NCBI GenBank assembly: GCA_964016885.1
Contig: OZ024743.1
Span: 91,326,001-91,390,000 of the forward strand
Direction of reading: 5' to 3'
Origin: Eledone cirrhosa
Taxonomy: Eukaryota
DNA: 64,000 nt
Of this stretch, positions 13,421-25,464 are shown in pieces. Numbering within the stretch: position 1 is the first letter of the stretch; each line of letters begins with the position of its first letter. A program made the translations under genes and the position numbers. Under the pieces are notes generated by a model. The model ran no database searches and was not told where the DNA came from. It saw nothing but the letters and a program-made list of their open reading frames with translations.

Positions 13421-13476
13421 ACTGCTATATATATTTCGATGATAGCCATTGAATGGCTATGACCTCATCAGGCAGT
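13421..13476 (-). ncRNA. Type-I hammerhead ribozyme fold (family A), AUA triplet
   Basis: Minus strand: ACTGC-CTGATGA-ggtc atagccatt c aatggctat catc-GAAA-TATATA-TA-GCAGT. Helix I ACTGC/GCAGT, hairpin helix II, palindromic helix III. Confidence 0.85.
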
Positions 13477-13890
13477 TAGTCAGTTCTTAGATATGCCAGC
13501 TCTGTGTTTATAGTGTTGATGGTATCAGAGCCTTGGGACATATGAGCTTCTTAGGAATAATTTAATGTTGTCAGCAGGAATAGTCTTACTTCTCATTGGT
13601 CAGTTTGTAGATGCTAGTAGGGTTGGTATTTGACCTCAAAGAGGCAGGTGGTGTTGTAAAGTTCAAACTGTCAGGCAAGATGACAATAGTTCCATATGAC
13701 TGATTTTCACAAAAAGCATTCCTGGTCAGATATATATTCAATTAAGGTTAATAGTATGAAATAGATACTACAGGTCATTCTTAAATTGAGAAATTTATGT
13801 GGAGTGGTGCTACTGAAAATATATATATATATTTTTACCATTTTGCGTTTCGTTTCGCTTTTTCTACCAGCCGAAATACGATTCTTGCTG

Positions 13891-13939
<49 letters not shown>

Positions 13940-13994
13940 TATATAGATATATAGAAAGAAAGATTTGAATGGATACAGTTTAGTTGAAAGGAAT

Positions 13995-14114
13995 TTATTG
14001 ACACGTGTTTCTATAACAGTTACATAACCTAAAACAGCTGCTATCTACAAACTTTTAGTTATGCAGACATTCAATATTTCAATGTTATTATTTACTGTCA
14101 TTTCATCAGAATAA
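13995..14114 (-). ncRNA. Type-I hammerhead fold (family B, long helix II), GUC triplet
   Basis: Reverse complement of 14191-14310. Confidence 0.8.
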
Positions 14115-14190
14115 TATTACTGAGGACCTATTTAGTTTTTATAGAGAATATTAATATTCTCTATAAAAACTAAATAGGTCTTCAGTAATA

Positions 14191-14310
14191 TTATTCTGAT
14201 GAAATGACAGTAAATAATAACATTGAAATATTGAATGTCTGCATAACTAAAAGTTTGTAGATAGCAGCTGTTTTAGGTTATGTAACTGTTATAGAAACAC
14301 GTGTCAATAA
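14191..14310 (+). ncRNA. Type-I hammerhead fold (family B, long helix II), GUC triplet
   Basis: TTATT-CTGATGA-a atgacagt..(~73 nt)..actgttat a-GAAAC-ACGT-GTC-AATAA; predicted cleavage after 14305. Confidence 0.8.
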
Positions 14311-16149
14311 ATTCCTTTCAACTAAACTGTATCCATTCAAATCTTTCTATTTTTCTCCGGATTACTTTTAGAACTACAACTGGAACCGTCGAGCAAACTC
14401 TACGTGAGCTGATAATCTACTGTGTGTAATATTTATATTACAACACAACGGAAAATACTGTATATATATATATATATACATATATGTATATACGATGACG
14501 TGATAACCTGTTCAGGATTATCTTCGTGAACAGCTTATACACGTGAGACAGCAGGCATATGGGTCGGTAGTTCTTCAGATCTTCTCTATCGCCCTTCTTC
14601 TATAGCAGGATGGTATTCGACTCTTTCCACTGCGAGGGTATTCTTCCCTCGTCCAGATAGTGTGTGAAGCTCGGCGAGGATTTCCCAGAGCTGCTCTCCG
14701 CCTGACCTCACCACCTCCGATGTTATGCCGTCTTTCCCTGGCGCCTTTCCCTATTTTCATATAAGAACAATTACTATAGAGCGAGTGAATGATGCGAAGA
14801 GAGGTACGTGAACAGAGAGAGTGAGAGGAGTGAATGAGAGAGTGAGAGGGAGTGAATGAGAGTGAGAGCGAGTGAGTGAGAGGGAGTGAGTTAGAGAGAG
14901 GGAGTGAGTTAGAGAGAGGGAGGGAGTGAGTTAGAGAGAGGGAGTGAGTGAGAGGGAGTGAGTGAGAGAGGGAGTGAGTGAGAGGGAGTAAATGAGAGTG
15001 AAAGGGAGCGATAGAGAAGGAAGTTGGATTATGGGGCTGATAGAGGTCAGAAGAAAACAAAGGGTTTACAATATGATAAAAATATGTGCGAAACTTTAAC
15101 GATAAGATTTGCCAGACTTGAGTCCGCAGGGTAATAAATTGACTGACATACAAAAGTATTTGTATATCCTACTTGACTTGTGATAATCATCAGAACCGTT
15201 AAGAAGAGATTATTTCTTTCAACTTCAAAGAAAGAACTTCAACTTCTTCCTCTTTTTATTATTATTCCTGAGAGGGTCGTGAGGGCAGAGTCTTCAAACA
15301 CTCAATCAGCGGCTCCTGTCAGAAGCAACTGTCTCCAACTGATCTAGCTGGATCAACGAGCGAGACCAGCCATCTTGCTCGGGTCTACCTCTGGGTCTCT
15401 TGCCAGTTTGGTTTTGCCCGTAAAATCTGTCAAGCGATTCTTTCCTGACATATTCTAACCACTTGCCCATAGTATCGGAGCTGTGATCTCTTAATTTGAA
15501 GAAGTAACGGCTCTACCAGGAGTGACTCTCTGATCTCCGAGCTACGCACTGTCAAGTAACGTTACTCAAAAGACCCTTCGAAAGAACTCCATTTCAGCCG
15601 CTTGGATTTGTGATAGTATTCTTTCGGTCATTACCCAAGATTCATGACCATAAGTAAAGGTTGGTACGAAAACCAAATTGAAGATAGCGAGTTTGGCTTT
15701 TACACCTACCCTCTTCTTCTGATTACTGAAGCTGGCGCATTACTGCACCAGCTCCTGCAATTCTTGCACTCGATGTAAAAAGGAGAACTATCTTATTAAT
15801 AGCTGTTGCTACTTTAGGCACAAGGCCAGCAATTACCCAGTGCATTACTGGTACTTTATTTTATCGACCCCGTAAGGATGAAAGGCAAAGTCAACCTCGG
15901 CGGGATTTAAACTCAGATCGTAAAGGGACGTAACTATGCTGGAAAGCATGGCGCCCGACCCTCTACCGATACTGCCAATCCACCGCCCGTATCTTATTAA
16001 TAACGTTAGCAACTTAGTTGACAAATGTGAGAGTCCTAGTGAAATTCATATAACATTTTATTAGTATGTATTGTTTTTAACGAAGAGTGTCGATTAATAT
16101 TTTGATAGAAATATTGTTACTGAGTTTGTAACGCGTAGAAGCGGAAGAT

Positions 16150-16360
16150 AACCAAATATAGGGGTTTCATCGACAGATTCCTTTTTTTGCCAGTTGCCAT
16201 CGCGACCTACAGCATCCTCGGTCACAGAACTGCTGTCATCCACCACAATGTCGGAAAGAATGCCTCTCACTCGAGGAAGGAGCTATAAGTGGTGAAGTGG
16301 CTGACACAGCGTGTGTCGCTGGCTGTTCTCAGTGGCAATACTTTCACCATCTTATCCGCA
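16150..16360 (+). mobile_element. Decayed 3' end of CRE-like (restriction-like endonuclease) retrotransposon
   Basis: KWLTQRVSLAVLSGNTFTIL resembles the QRLSxAxQRGNA C-terminal motif. Confidence 0.5.
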
Positions 16361-17580
16361 GGTGAAATATACCACCCAACCAAGCATGTAGAATTTGCAC
16401 CCTCTTTTTCTCCCCCTTTTAAAATTAATTTTGTCTTTCTTCCACCTTTCTTTTTTGCTTTTCTCTCTCTTGTTTATTATTTAATTTAAAAATAATGTAC
16501 TTTCATTATTGTATACCATGACCATGTAAATAAGTTTCTGAATCCTTTCTTTTTTTTTAGATATGGAACGAAGGATTAAAAAATAAAATTAGAATTTCGT
16601 TTTTCGCTCTAACACAGCGGATACGTAAATGCATTTAAGAGTTTTTTTTAGATGACCATCGCCATTCTTTTGTTCAGCGGGGACAAAACATAGCGTAATG
16701 AGGCTGTTTGCTTGTAAACGAATAGAATATTATTCGATATAAAACTCACGAATGCATGAACGAAGGGTTGTAGGCAGCGAATTGAGAGAGCTTCTAGAAC
16801 GTCGGATAGAATGATTCACGGTGTTCGTTTCGGCTTTCTTCTCACTGAGTGAAAACCCTACCGAGGTCAACGTTGCTTTTCATCCTTTCGAGGTCAATAA
16901 ATGAAGTGCCAGTCCAGTATTGGAGTAAATTCTTCCACTATATTTTTAAAAACGTTTTTTCTCTTTCTCTGGAAGAAATCGGCTCTGTTGAGACCTAGAG
17001 AGGATGGGCTCCGCCATGTTTAAAATGTCCCCCAAATGCCGTATGTCACTACAGCGCCACTACAACTCCAGGAGTTACGGTCCATGCATGGAAAGAAGAA
17101 ATGTAGCTTTTGTTTTCCTTCTTCAGGCCACTGGCATATTTCTGTTTTGTTTTTTTAATAGTCAAATACCAAATAAAATAGGGGATTAAATGTGCTCACA
17201 TGCTTTATGTTGGGATGTGTATATACTGAAAACTTGCTGAAAAAATAATTAAAGCCTGCAGCAGTGATCACGTGAACAGCAAAGCAGCGTTCATGCAAAA
17301 TTGAAGTTGTACTAAAGCATAAAAACATTTAGCCAAATAATAAATATACAAATAAGTAAAGAATAATTTCGGCTAGTATTTCCTCTGTCGTATATATACG
17401 GTATATTTTGTGAGAATACTTAGTCAAAATGTTCACTCACCAAGTATAGTTTCCCGCCAGGGAAGTAGGGAAAGAAGAAGAAGAAGAAGAAGAAAAAGAA
17501 GTAATGTTATTTATTATGGAACAGTTTTGTTAAAAGTTGCTAAATAGATAAATAAAAAATGAATAAAAGTAAGTTCTGTA

Positions 17581-17924
17581 ATAATGGTTTCTGATTTAGG
17601 CACAAGGCCAACAATTTGGGGGAGAGGGGAAAGTCGATTAAATCGACCCCAGTGCATTACTGGTATATTTTTAACGACCTTGTAAGGATGAAAGGCAAAG
17701 CTAACCTCGGCAGGATTTGAACTTAGAACTTAAAGGGCCGTAACTCCATTCCGCTAAGTTACGGCCCTTTACGTTCTGAACTCAAATCCCGCCGAGGTTA
17801 GTTTTGGCTTTCATCCTTACGGGGTCGATAAAACAAAGCACCAGTAATGCACTGGGGTCAATTTAATCGACTTTCCCCTCCTCACAAAGTTGTTGGCCTT
17901 GTGCCTAAATCACAAACCATTATT
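17581..17924. repeat. Inverted pair of Meta-like SINEs
   Basis: 17581-17745 and 17758-17924 are mutually reverse-complementary SINE copies about 10 nt apart. Confidence 0.85.
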
Positions 17925-18864
17925 ACAATACTTTATCAAGATGAGAGACAATAGAAAATATTTGTTTGCAGACAATAGAATAATCTTTGCCATTCGTAGA
18001 AAAATATATAAAGAAAATGAATGAATACCGTAGTTTTTCGTGTATAACACAAGTATGATACATGAATATACGTTTTCAGAATTTTTTTTTTTGAGTTTGA
18101 AAATATTCATTTCAAAAGGTAAGATTGATAGCAAGTCTTCAGAAATGGTATTTGATATATCGAAATATTTATTATTTGTGTAACAGTATAGTTGAACGTC
18201 GTTTGTCTCAAAGACTGGAAATTGATAAAATGAATTAATAAAGGATTTAAAAAAAAAATTCTTAAATGTTCTGCGAAACTAAATATTAAAGTGGAATATA
18301 TGATCCAGATCGAGATTTTGATGGATATTTGGGACAAGTTTACAAAAAGAATTATATAGATATGGCTGCACTCCAGGTTCATATTATACACAAGAATGTA
18401 ATATATTTTCGTTTTTAAGCGCCAGAAACAGGGTTAGTATTGTTCTGAATACACAAAGAAAATATATGTATAGTTCAAATTATTTTTAGGAGCATTATTT
18501 TTTCCTTTACATTGAAAATACTTTTTGCCTTGAGAGAATAGTAATCTTTTAGAGGAAAATCAGCAATTCAATATAATACGCATTCTCTCCCTCTCTCATA
18601 TATATATATATATATAATCATTTTTTTCTGAATGTAACTTTTTAGACAATCTATTTAGAAAATCTTTCTCACTCTTAAAACTTTACTAACAAAAACTTCT
18701 CTTCCTAATCCTCATAGACGTTCTGGTGCTGTGCTGAGAGCGAGCTGATGCACAATGCAATACGGGGTTAATATGGAGAGAGAGAAAGAGAAAGAGAGAG
18801 AAAGAGAGAGAGATGATGCCTAAGAACAATACGAATAGAGAACGAAAGAAAAACAGTTAACATC

Positions 18865-19046
18865 ACAAATACTATACATCCGATACTATGACAAATACTA
18901 TACATCCGATACTATGATAAATACTATACATCCGATACTATGACAAATACTATACATCCGATACTATGATAAATACTATACATCCGATACTATGACAAAT
19001 ACTATACATCCGATACTATGACAAATACTATACATCCGATACTATG
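18865..19046. repeat. 26-bp minisatellite x7 (ACAAATACTATACATCCGATACTATG)
   Basis: Seven contiguous units with a C/T variant at position 2. Confidence 0.95.
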
Positions 19047-20146
19047 AGCATGTGGTTAGAATGTCTCAGGAAAGAATTGTTGGACAGATTTTACGGGCAA
19101 AACCAACCGGCAGGAGACCCAGGGATAGACCCCGAGAAAGATAGTTAGATAACATCCATGAGCTTGGCTGGTCTCGCTTGGGGATCCAGCCGGATCAGTT
19201 GGAGACTGGTTGTTTCTGACAGGACCCACTGGAAGGAGTGTTTAAAGACTCTGCCCCTACGACCCTCTCAGGGATAAGTGGGGGAAGTAGAAGAGGCTCA
19301 TACACTGTAGTTGTGCCTACATTAAACTTAAATTTTCTAATATCGATCTATTATAATCTATAAATATTCATAATTATATGAATATTTATAGCTCTCTTCG
19401 TGGACGGAAGAATAAAGACACTTGTTCTCTGACAAACAGTCAATAAATCGTAAAATATGTGAAGGCAATTTCTTAGGTATTTCTGTGAACGACAAAAGAA
19501 AATAATAGAATATTTTTCACAATGCATAGACACGTGTACTCTTAACGTAAATTCTTTTGGGGGAGATTCAGCGTGATACAATGTGTAACAAAATTGGCTC
19601 TTGAATTACAGTTACAGTCCGTCTGTTGAACTTCAAAACAGTTGCCGCCTTGCGAATTTCACTTACAAGGGTTAGGTTGACCCAAGGCTATAGTACAAAA
19701 CACTTGCCCAAGACACTAGTCTGTCCGACGCTATAGAACTATACACTTGTCCAAGCTGTTACCTAGGGGATCGAACAAGAAACCTTATGATTACGAAGCG
19801 AAATTCTTAACAATTCGACCATGACCAATGAGAACATCAATAAAGTTTATTTCAATTTTCAAGAAATCCGACCGAGGTAATAATTCAATTGAGTCTAGTG
19901 GACGGAGGCCATAGAAAACTACATGAGAACGGTGAGTGGTTTTGTGTAGACAAACGTTCTTTGAAAGTATTTCAGATTGTGTTAGAAAATCGAAGCACAA
20001 GTTCTTACTTCTGGAACTGTATAAAAGTGGCACAACGATTAACGATATATATAGGTTGTCTCCAAAAAATGAATACACATTTCAACAGCATTCTAATAAA
20101 TATTCCCTGTACAGGTAATCAAAGTGTATACATTTTTTGGGGCCAC

Positions 20147-20228
<82 letters not shown>

Positions 20229-21685
20229 TTTGTGTGTGTCTGTGTCTCTGTGTGTATGTCTGTGTGTGTGTGTGTGTGTCTGTGAAGAAAAAAATGTGCA
20301 TCAGAAAACCTGTGAGTGTGGCCTCTCACGCATGAATTCAAATCATGCTCTCTGTTATTATTTGATCCTACTGTCGTTAGTACTTCATTGCTACCACGAA
20401 GGCGTAACTAATTTTCTTCAATAGAATCGATAACCATCTAGTGGTAATTCCTGAAAGATCTACTTTTTCAGTATTTCTATCCAACAAAATTCAATAAGGC
20501 TACACAAGAGAGAAATGAAAATATAAAGCGTCTGTCGAAATAACAAATACTTATAGTTTGTTATTAGAATTAATATCAAGGAATTAGATTTGATTTGATT
20601 CTTTCTTGCACTTTCTTTCAAAAGCAGCGAAAGTCTATATTTTTCATGAATACAATTGCAACATGGCAGGCGACATACATATGTTGAATACGATACAAAC
20701 ATAATGGCGCTGACAGCACGCATTGTCGGCAGACGACAAAGCATAATGTCGCATACAACATACAAATATGCCGTAGACGACATAATTAACGAGCCAACAA
20801 ACATACTTCTAGGTGACTGTTCTACATGCTAGAAATAGCAGTCATGTTTTCTCCAAAACACACTCGACCGCTTTAAAAAAAGGAATGAGATAGTAGCGGC
20901 ACTCCGTTGGTTACGACGACCAGTGTGCTAATTGATACGATCAACAGACCAGCCTGCTCGTGAAATTAACGTGTAAGTGACTGAACATTCCACAAACAAG
21001 TATACCCATAACGTAGTTCTTAGGGAGATTCAGCGTAACACAGAATGTGACAAGACTGGCCCTTCGAATTACAGGTACAACTCATTTTGGCAGGTAAGTG
21101 GACTGGAGTAAAGTGAAATAAAGTGTCTTGCTCAAGGAAACAGCGTGTCACTGGTAATCGAACTCACGACTTTACGATCTTGAGCCAAATACCCTAACCA
21201 CAAAGCTATGCGCTTTCGCAACACATTAGATATTGTAGTCTATGCTTGAATAATGGTGTGGTTTGAGCAAGATTTGGTTGTTATTTCTAGTAGATCAAGT
21301 GAATATGTAGAATAAATGGAGTATTTTCACGTTACTATTTCAAGTCAGTTAAACTGGGTTTGAAGTAGCGACATCAAAATACTCGCCCGGGGCATATCGC
21401 AGTATAACAGCTATATAACAGCTGTCTGAAGAGGTCGTATCAATTACATAATTGATGTCATTGAATACAGCCACCTTTTTTTTATTTTATTATATATATG
21501 GCATTTAATTAATGACATGGGGGGCGGGGATCTTTTCCAAGTTTTGTTACACTATTGGCATAGGTATGATTCTTGAGTTTAAAAGTTTGCTTCGCAGCCA
21601 CGTGTTTTTGTGTTCAGTCTCATTGCGTGGCTCCTTGGACGTCTTCTACTATCGACTCGGATTGACGGAAACTGTTCAGAAGTTT

Positions 21686-21717
<32 letters not shown>

Positions 21718-22055
21718 TGTATGTATGTATGTATGTATGTATGTATGTATGTATGTATGTGGTGTTTACATTTATTGTTTGGTTATGTCCCGCAACTTAG
21801 TGGTTCGGTGAAATAAGTACTAGACTTAAAGAAAAAAGTGCCGGTGGCAGTAAGACCGACTAAATTCCTGCAAGGCAGTGCACCAGCATGGCTGCAGTCG
21901 AATGACTGAAACAAGTAAAAGAATAAAAGAACGATATTAAGTGTTTGACACGCAGACATTCCTGTAAAAGGAGAATTGAACATTTATACTTTTGGAGGAA
22001 AAAAAGAAACTTTTTTATATTTCATTTTCTCGATGTTTCAAATTTCTTCACTCAC

Positions 22056-23030
22056 CTGCGTTGTCCTTTGCCGACACACAGAGTTTCGTCTGTTCTCTTA
22101 CAGCTCCTTTCGAAGTCATAGTTTCGTAGACAAAACAGAAACCCACAACCTTCTCGAATATATCAAATAAACTACAATTAAAATAAACGACACTTATATT
22201 CCTGAAGGCGAATCTTTCGGCGCAGTATTTGGCCTCCAGAGGCGAAGCCAGGGAACCAGATACTTTCCGATGCATCGCATACATCCGTATTCGGTCCGTT
22301 AACATAGAACATGCTGGATGTTCAAATTCTATGGAAACACTTTCGTAATATTTCAAACTGTGTCGTTCTGCTATATTAAGTTTATACTTATCACTCCATG
22401 TCACATTCATAGCAGCACTTTTAGTGATGATCTCATCTGCAACATTGCCTTTCCGTTCCGAAGACCGTAATTCAACGTGGTACTTCCCAGGAAGTTCGCT
22501 TTTATTACACGGGAATTCATAATTCGTTTTCAAAGAGATATCTTCGATTTCCAAACTATTGATACGTGTTGGCTTTATGTTCTTGATAAATTTAGATTTG
22601 GGTTCTTCGCCCCAAAATATTAAGTCTATATATAAACTATATGTATGAATCAGTGATTTACAAATGGCTTTAGAATCTATTGTTACAGTTATGTTGTTTT
22701 CAAAAGCGTTCTGTTTCGGAGGAAGTTGTAAAAGAGTTTCTGGCCATAGAACATAAAAGAAGAACTCCTCCAAAATTTTCCCATGTCTCTGTGAGTAGAT
22801 GCGGTAAACATAGCGACCGGCGCTGACCACCACCCCACAGGCAATTTCTTGACTTCCAGAAGAACAACCTAGACTCAACGCTTGAATTTCATTCTCTCCA
22901 GCTTTTTCTAAAGCCAAAAGAGCGATATAGGCATTTCTCAAACATTCATCGTGTGGTATTGTATAGTTCAGCATCAGTTTGCCGGAGAAGGCTGTGTAAG
23001 TACGAGGAGCAGATATCCGATACCTTCGAT
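22056..23030 (-). CDS. gogo: gogo/THSD1-like receptor, Cys-rich N-terminal ectodomain exon (most 5' exon found)
   Basis: 975-bp open exon, acceptor ttaatttcag|AT at 23031 and donor GCAG|gtgagt at 22055, phase 1-1; spaced cysteines and beta-rich sequence. Family assignment comes from the domain order of all four exons, not a database search. Confidence 0.8.
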
Positions 23031-23196
23031 CTGAAATTAAAAAAAATAGATATATAAATATATAAGTCAATATTTTATCAATTTAAACACACACACACAC
23101 ACACACTGTTAAAGTCCCGCACAGGAAACAGATATAGAATATAAACGTACAAAAGCATCTAATCTCTTCGTCAACCATCCCCTGGAAATACGATTT

Positions 23197-23236
<40 letters not shown>

Positions 23237-24212
23237 AAATTGTCAACAGATACAATTAAGAGCAGATACAATAAGGAACGAGATGGTAAATAGACGATAC
23301 AAGGTAACATGAACAAGACAAATTCCGTGGTAATTATCTTATAGTCCACTACCAACAGAGCTGTTGGTCCGTTCTAGGTCACAACGTATAAGAAGATAGT
23401 TGAACACTGTCATGGAGTATTTCAAAGGTCGAGGAAGAAGACGAAAATACAATGTAGAACATAAACATGAACGATAAAGTAAACAAAAGGAAATGAAATG
23501 AAACTTAGATGCTGGTCACAAAATAAATCAATAAATAAATGTTCGATATTTAAATCGAACATGTGTGATGAATGATGGATTAATCATTTAGACACTTCTT
23601 CGCCCACTTAATCCTGGGAGGGTCGTAGGGGCAGAGTCCTCAAACAGTCCTTCCAGCAGGTCCTTCAGAAGCAACCGTCTCCAACTGATCCAGCTGGATC
23701 CCCAAGCGAGACCAGCCAAGCTCATGGGTGTTATCCAACCATTTTGCTTGGGGTCTACTCCTTGGTCTCCTATCAGTTGATTTTTCCCGTAGAATCTGTC
23801 CACGATTCTTTCTTGAGACATTCTAACGACATGCCCATAGGCACAGAGTAGGCGACGCGGAAAGGAGAATAAATGCCTTACGGCAAATAATTCTAGTGCG
23901 CCAATAGTTAACCATGTCTGAACGGTGAGGTGTCACCAAGTCGAAAGGACGAGACAATTGAGTCACGGGACAGAAGAGGAGGTAGGTCTTAGTAATAATA
24001 ATAATAGTTTCTGATTGAGGCACAAGGCCAGCAATTTTAAGGGGAGAGGAAATCAACCTCAATGCATTACTGGTACTTTATTTTATCGACCCCGCAAGGA
24101 TGAAAAGCAAAGCTAGCCACGGCCAGATTTGAACTCAGAACGTAAAAGGCCGTAACTCTATACCGCAAAGTATGTTGTCCGACGCTCTACCGATATTGCC
24201 AATCTACCACCC

Positions 24213-24248
<36 letters not shown>

Positions 24249-24639
24249 ACAACTTAACGATAGAATACGTGAGTCACGCGGCGTTAGAGATAACATTGTA
24301 AAATTGACAACAGACACAATTAAAACCAGACTATTTCTGCTATAGACACATGGTATTAATGGGAACAGGCAATGAAATAAGTCGATCCCACTACTTGACC
24401 AATAGTTCATTTTATTGACCATGGAAAAATTAAAGCCAAATCTGACCCCGAGAAGAATTGAAATCAGATTGTAAGGAGCCTTTACTAAATTCCACAGGAT
24501 ATTTTGTCTTTCATCCAAACGGCTCTGTTAATCCAGCGATGTTGTCAGCCCTAGACAAAATTCTGTGCAAGTTATTAATCAACTAAAAACTTTTGCAGGT
24601 GATGCTGCAGCAGGGCCGTAGACAAATAGCTGAAACCAG

Positions 24640-24840
24640 TACGAAGGAGAGCTGAAAAGTTCCTGGTTTTAAGAATATATCGTGAAATTATGCAGCTGTT
24701 ACATTTACAGGGGAGGTAGGACCGCTGCAATAAGAAGTGTGTGAATCTGAGAGGAGAATATGTTAAATAAAATCATAATTAACTGATCCTCTTGTATTTT
24801 CTTTTACCCAAAGCCAGGAACTTTTCTGCTCCGACTCGTA
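24640..24840. mobile_element. mariner-type MITE
   Basis: TA-flanked TIRs tacgaaggagagctgaaaagttcctgg / ccaggaacttttctgctccgactcgta. Confidence 0.7.
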
Positions 24841-25142
24841 AAACAATGTATACAGATGTGTGTATGCGAGAGTGTGTGCGAGTGTGTTGCATGTGAGTGT
24901 CTGTATGTATGCATGCATTGGCGAGAAACTCCAGGTCTTTCGTACTTCTGTCTAAAGAGACAACGATGAAAGATTGTTACTTTAACTGGCAGTCTCCGGC
25001 AGTATCTGTAGTCTCCAATATATAATGACCTGATATGTCTAGCGAAACCTCGTTTTAATGGTTTATCTATCATGACCTCTTTGATCCATTCGTGAAATGG
25101 TCATATATATATATATATATATATGGTGGCTGCCAACTCGTT

Positions 25143-25464
25143 TTCGAGTACGGCCACTACTTTATATCCATGTAGGAGAACTCCTACCGATGCGCTGAAC
25201 GAATGTAACTTTAGTCCAGCCAGCGACTTGAAAACTCTGGTACAAACACTACATCTGTGACAATTATTGACACATAGTGCTAGGCCCATGGTACCATGTG
25301 ACGACAAGTGCAGAGAGATCTCCAGATACAAAGCAATGCCTGTTCAGTGAAGCTTTTATAGTGAGCAAAGGCACTGCACAAAGCCAGTCCCACTCTCTTA
25401 ACCAAGATTATATTTACCAAAAAGAAGAACAAGTCAACATCATTGGATACTATCAGGGTTGCAG
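25143..25464 (-). mobile_element. LINE 3' fragment with C2H2 finger remnant (second copy 34766-35110)
   Basis: [19 protein letters not shown]; closely similar copy at 34766-35110. Confidence 0.6.

Larger units (their letters stand above)
13957..14348. repeat. 392-bp loopless palindrome (196-bp arms, one mismatch seen)
   Basis: Centre aatatt|aatatt at 14152/14153; the right arm recurs alone at 43398-43593. Confidence 0.95.

Noticed and set aside
15180-15200. Further CTGAnGA matches (15187 minus, 8372 plus, 9703 minus, 21426 plus)
   Set aside because: No properly placed GAAA-helix III-NUH; 21426 has helices I and II but lacks helix III, so it is at best a decayed copy.
18865-19046. CRISPR-like 26-bp repeats
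   Set aside because: No spacers, no cas genes, eukaryotic context.
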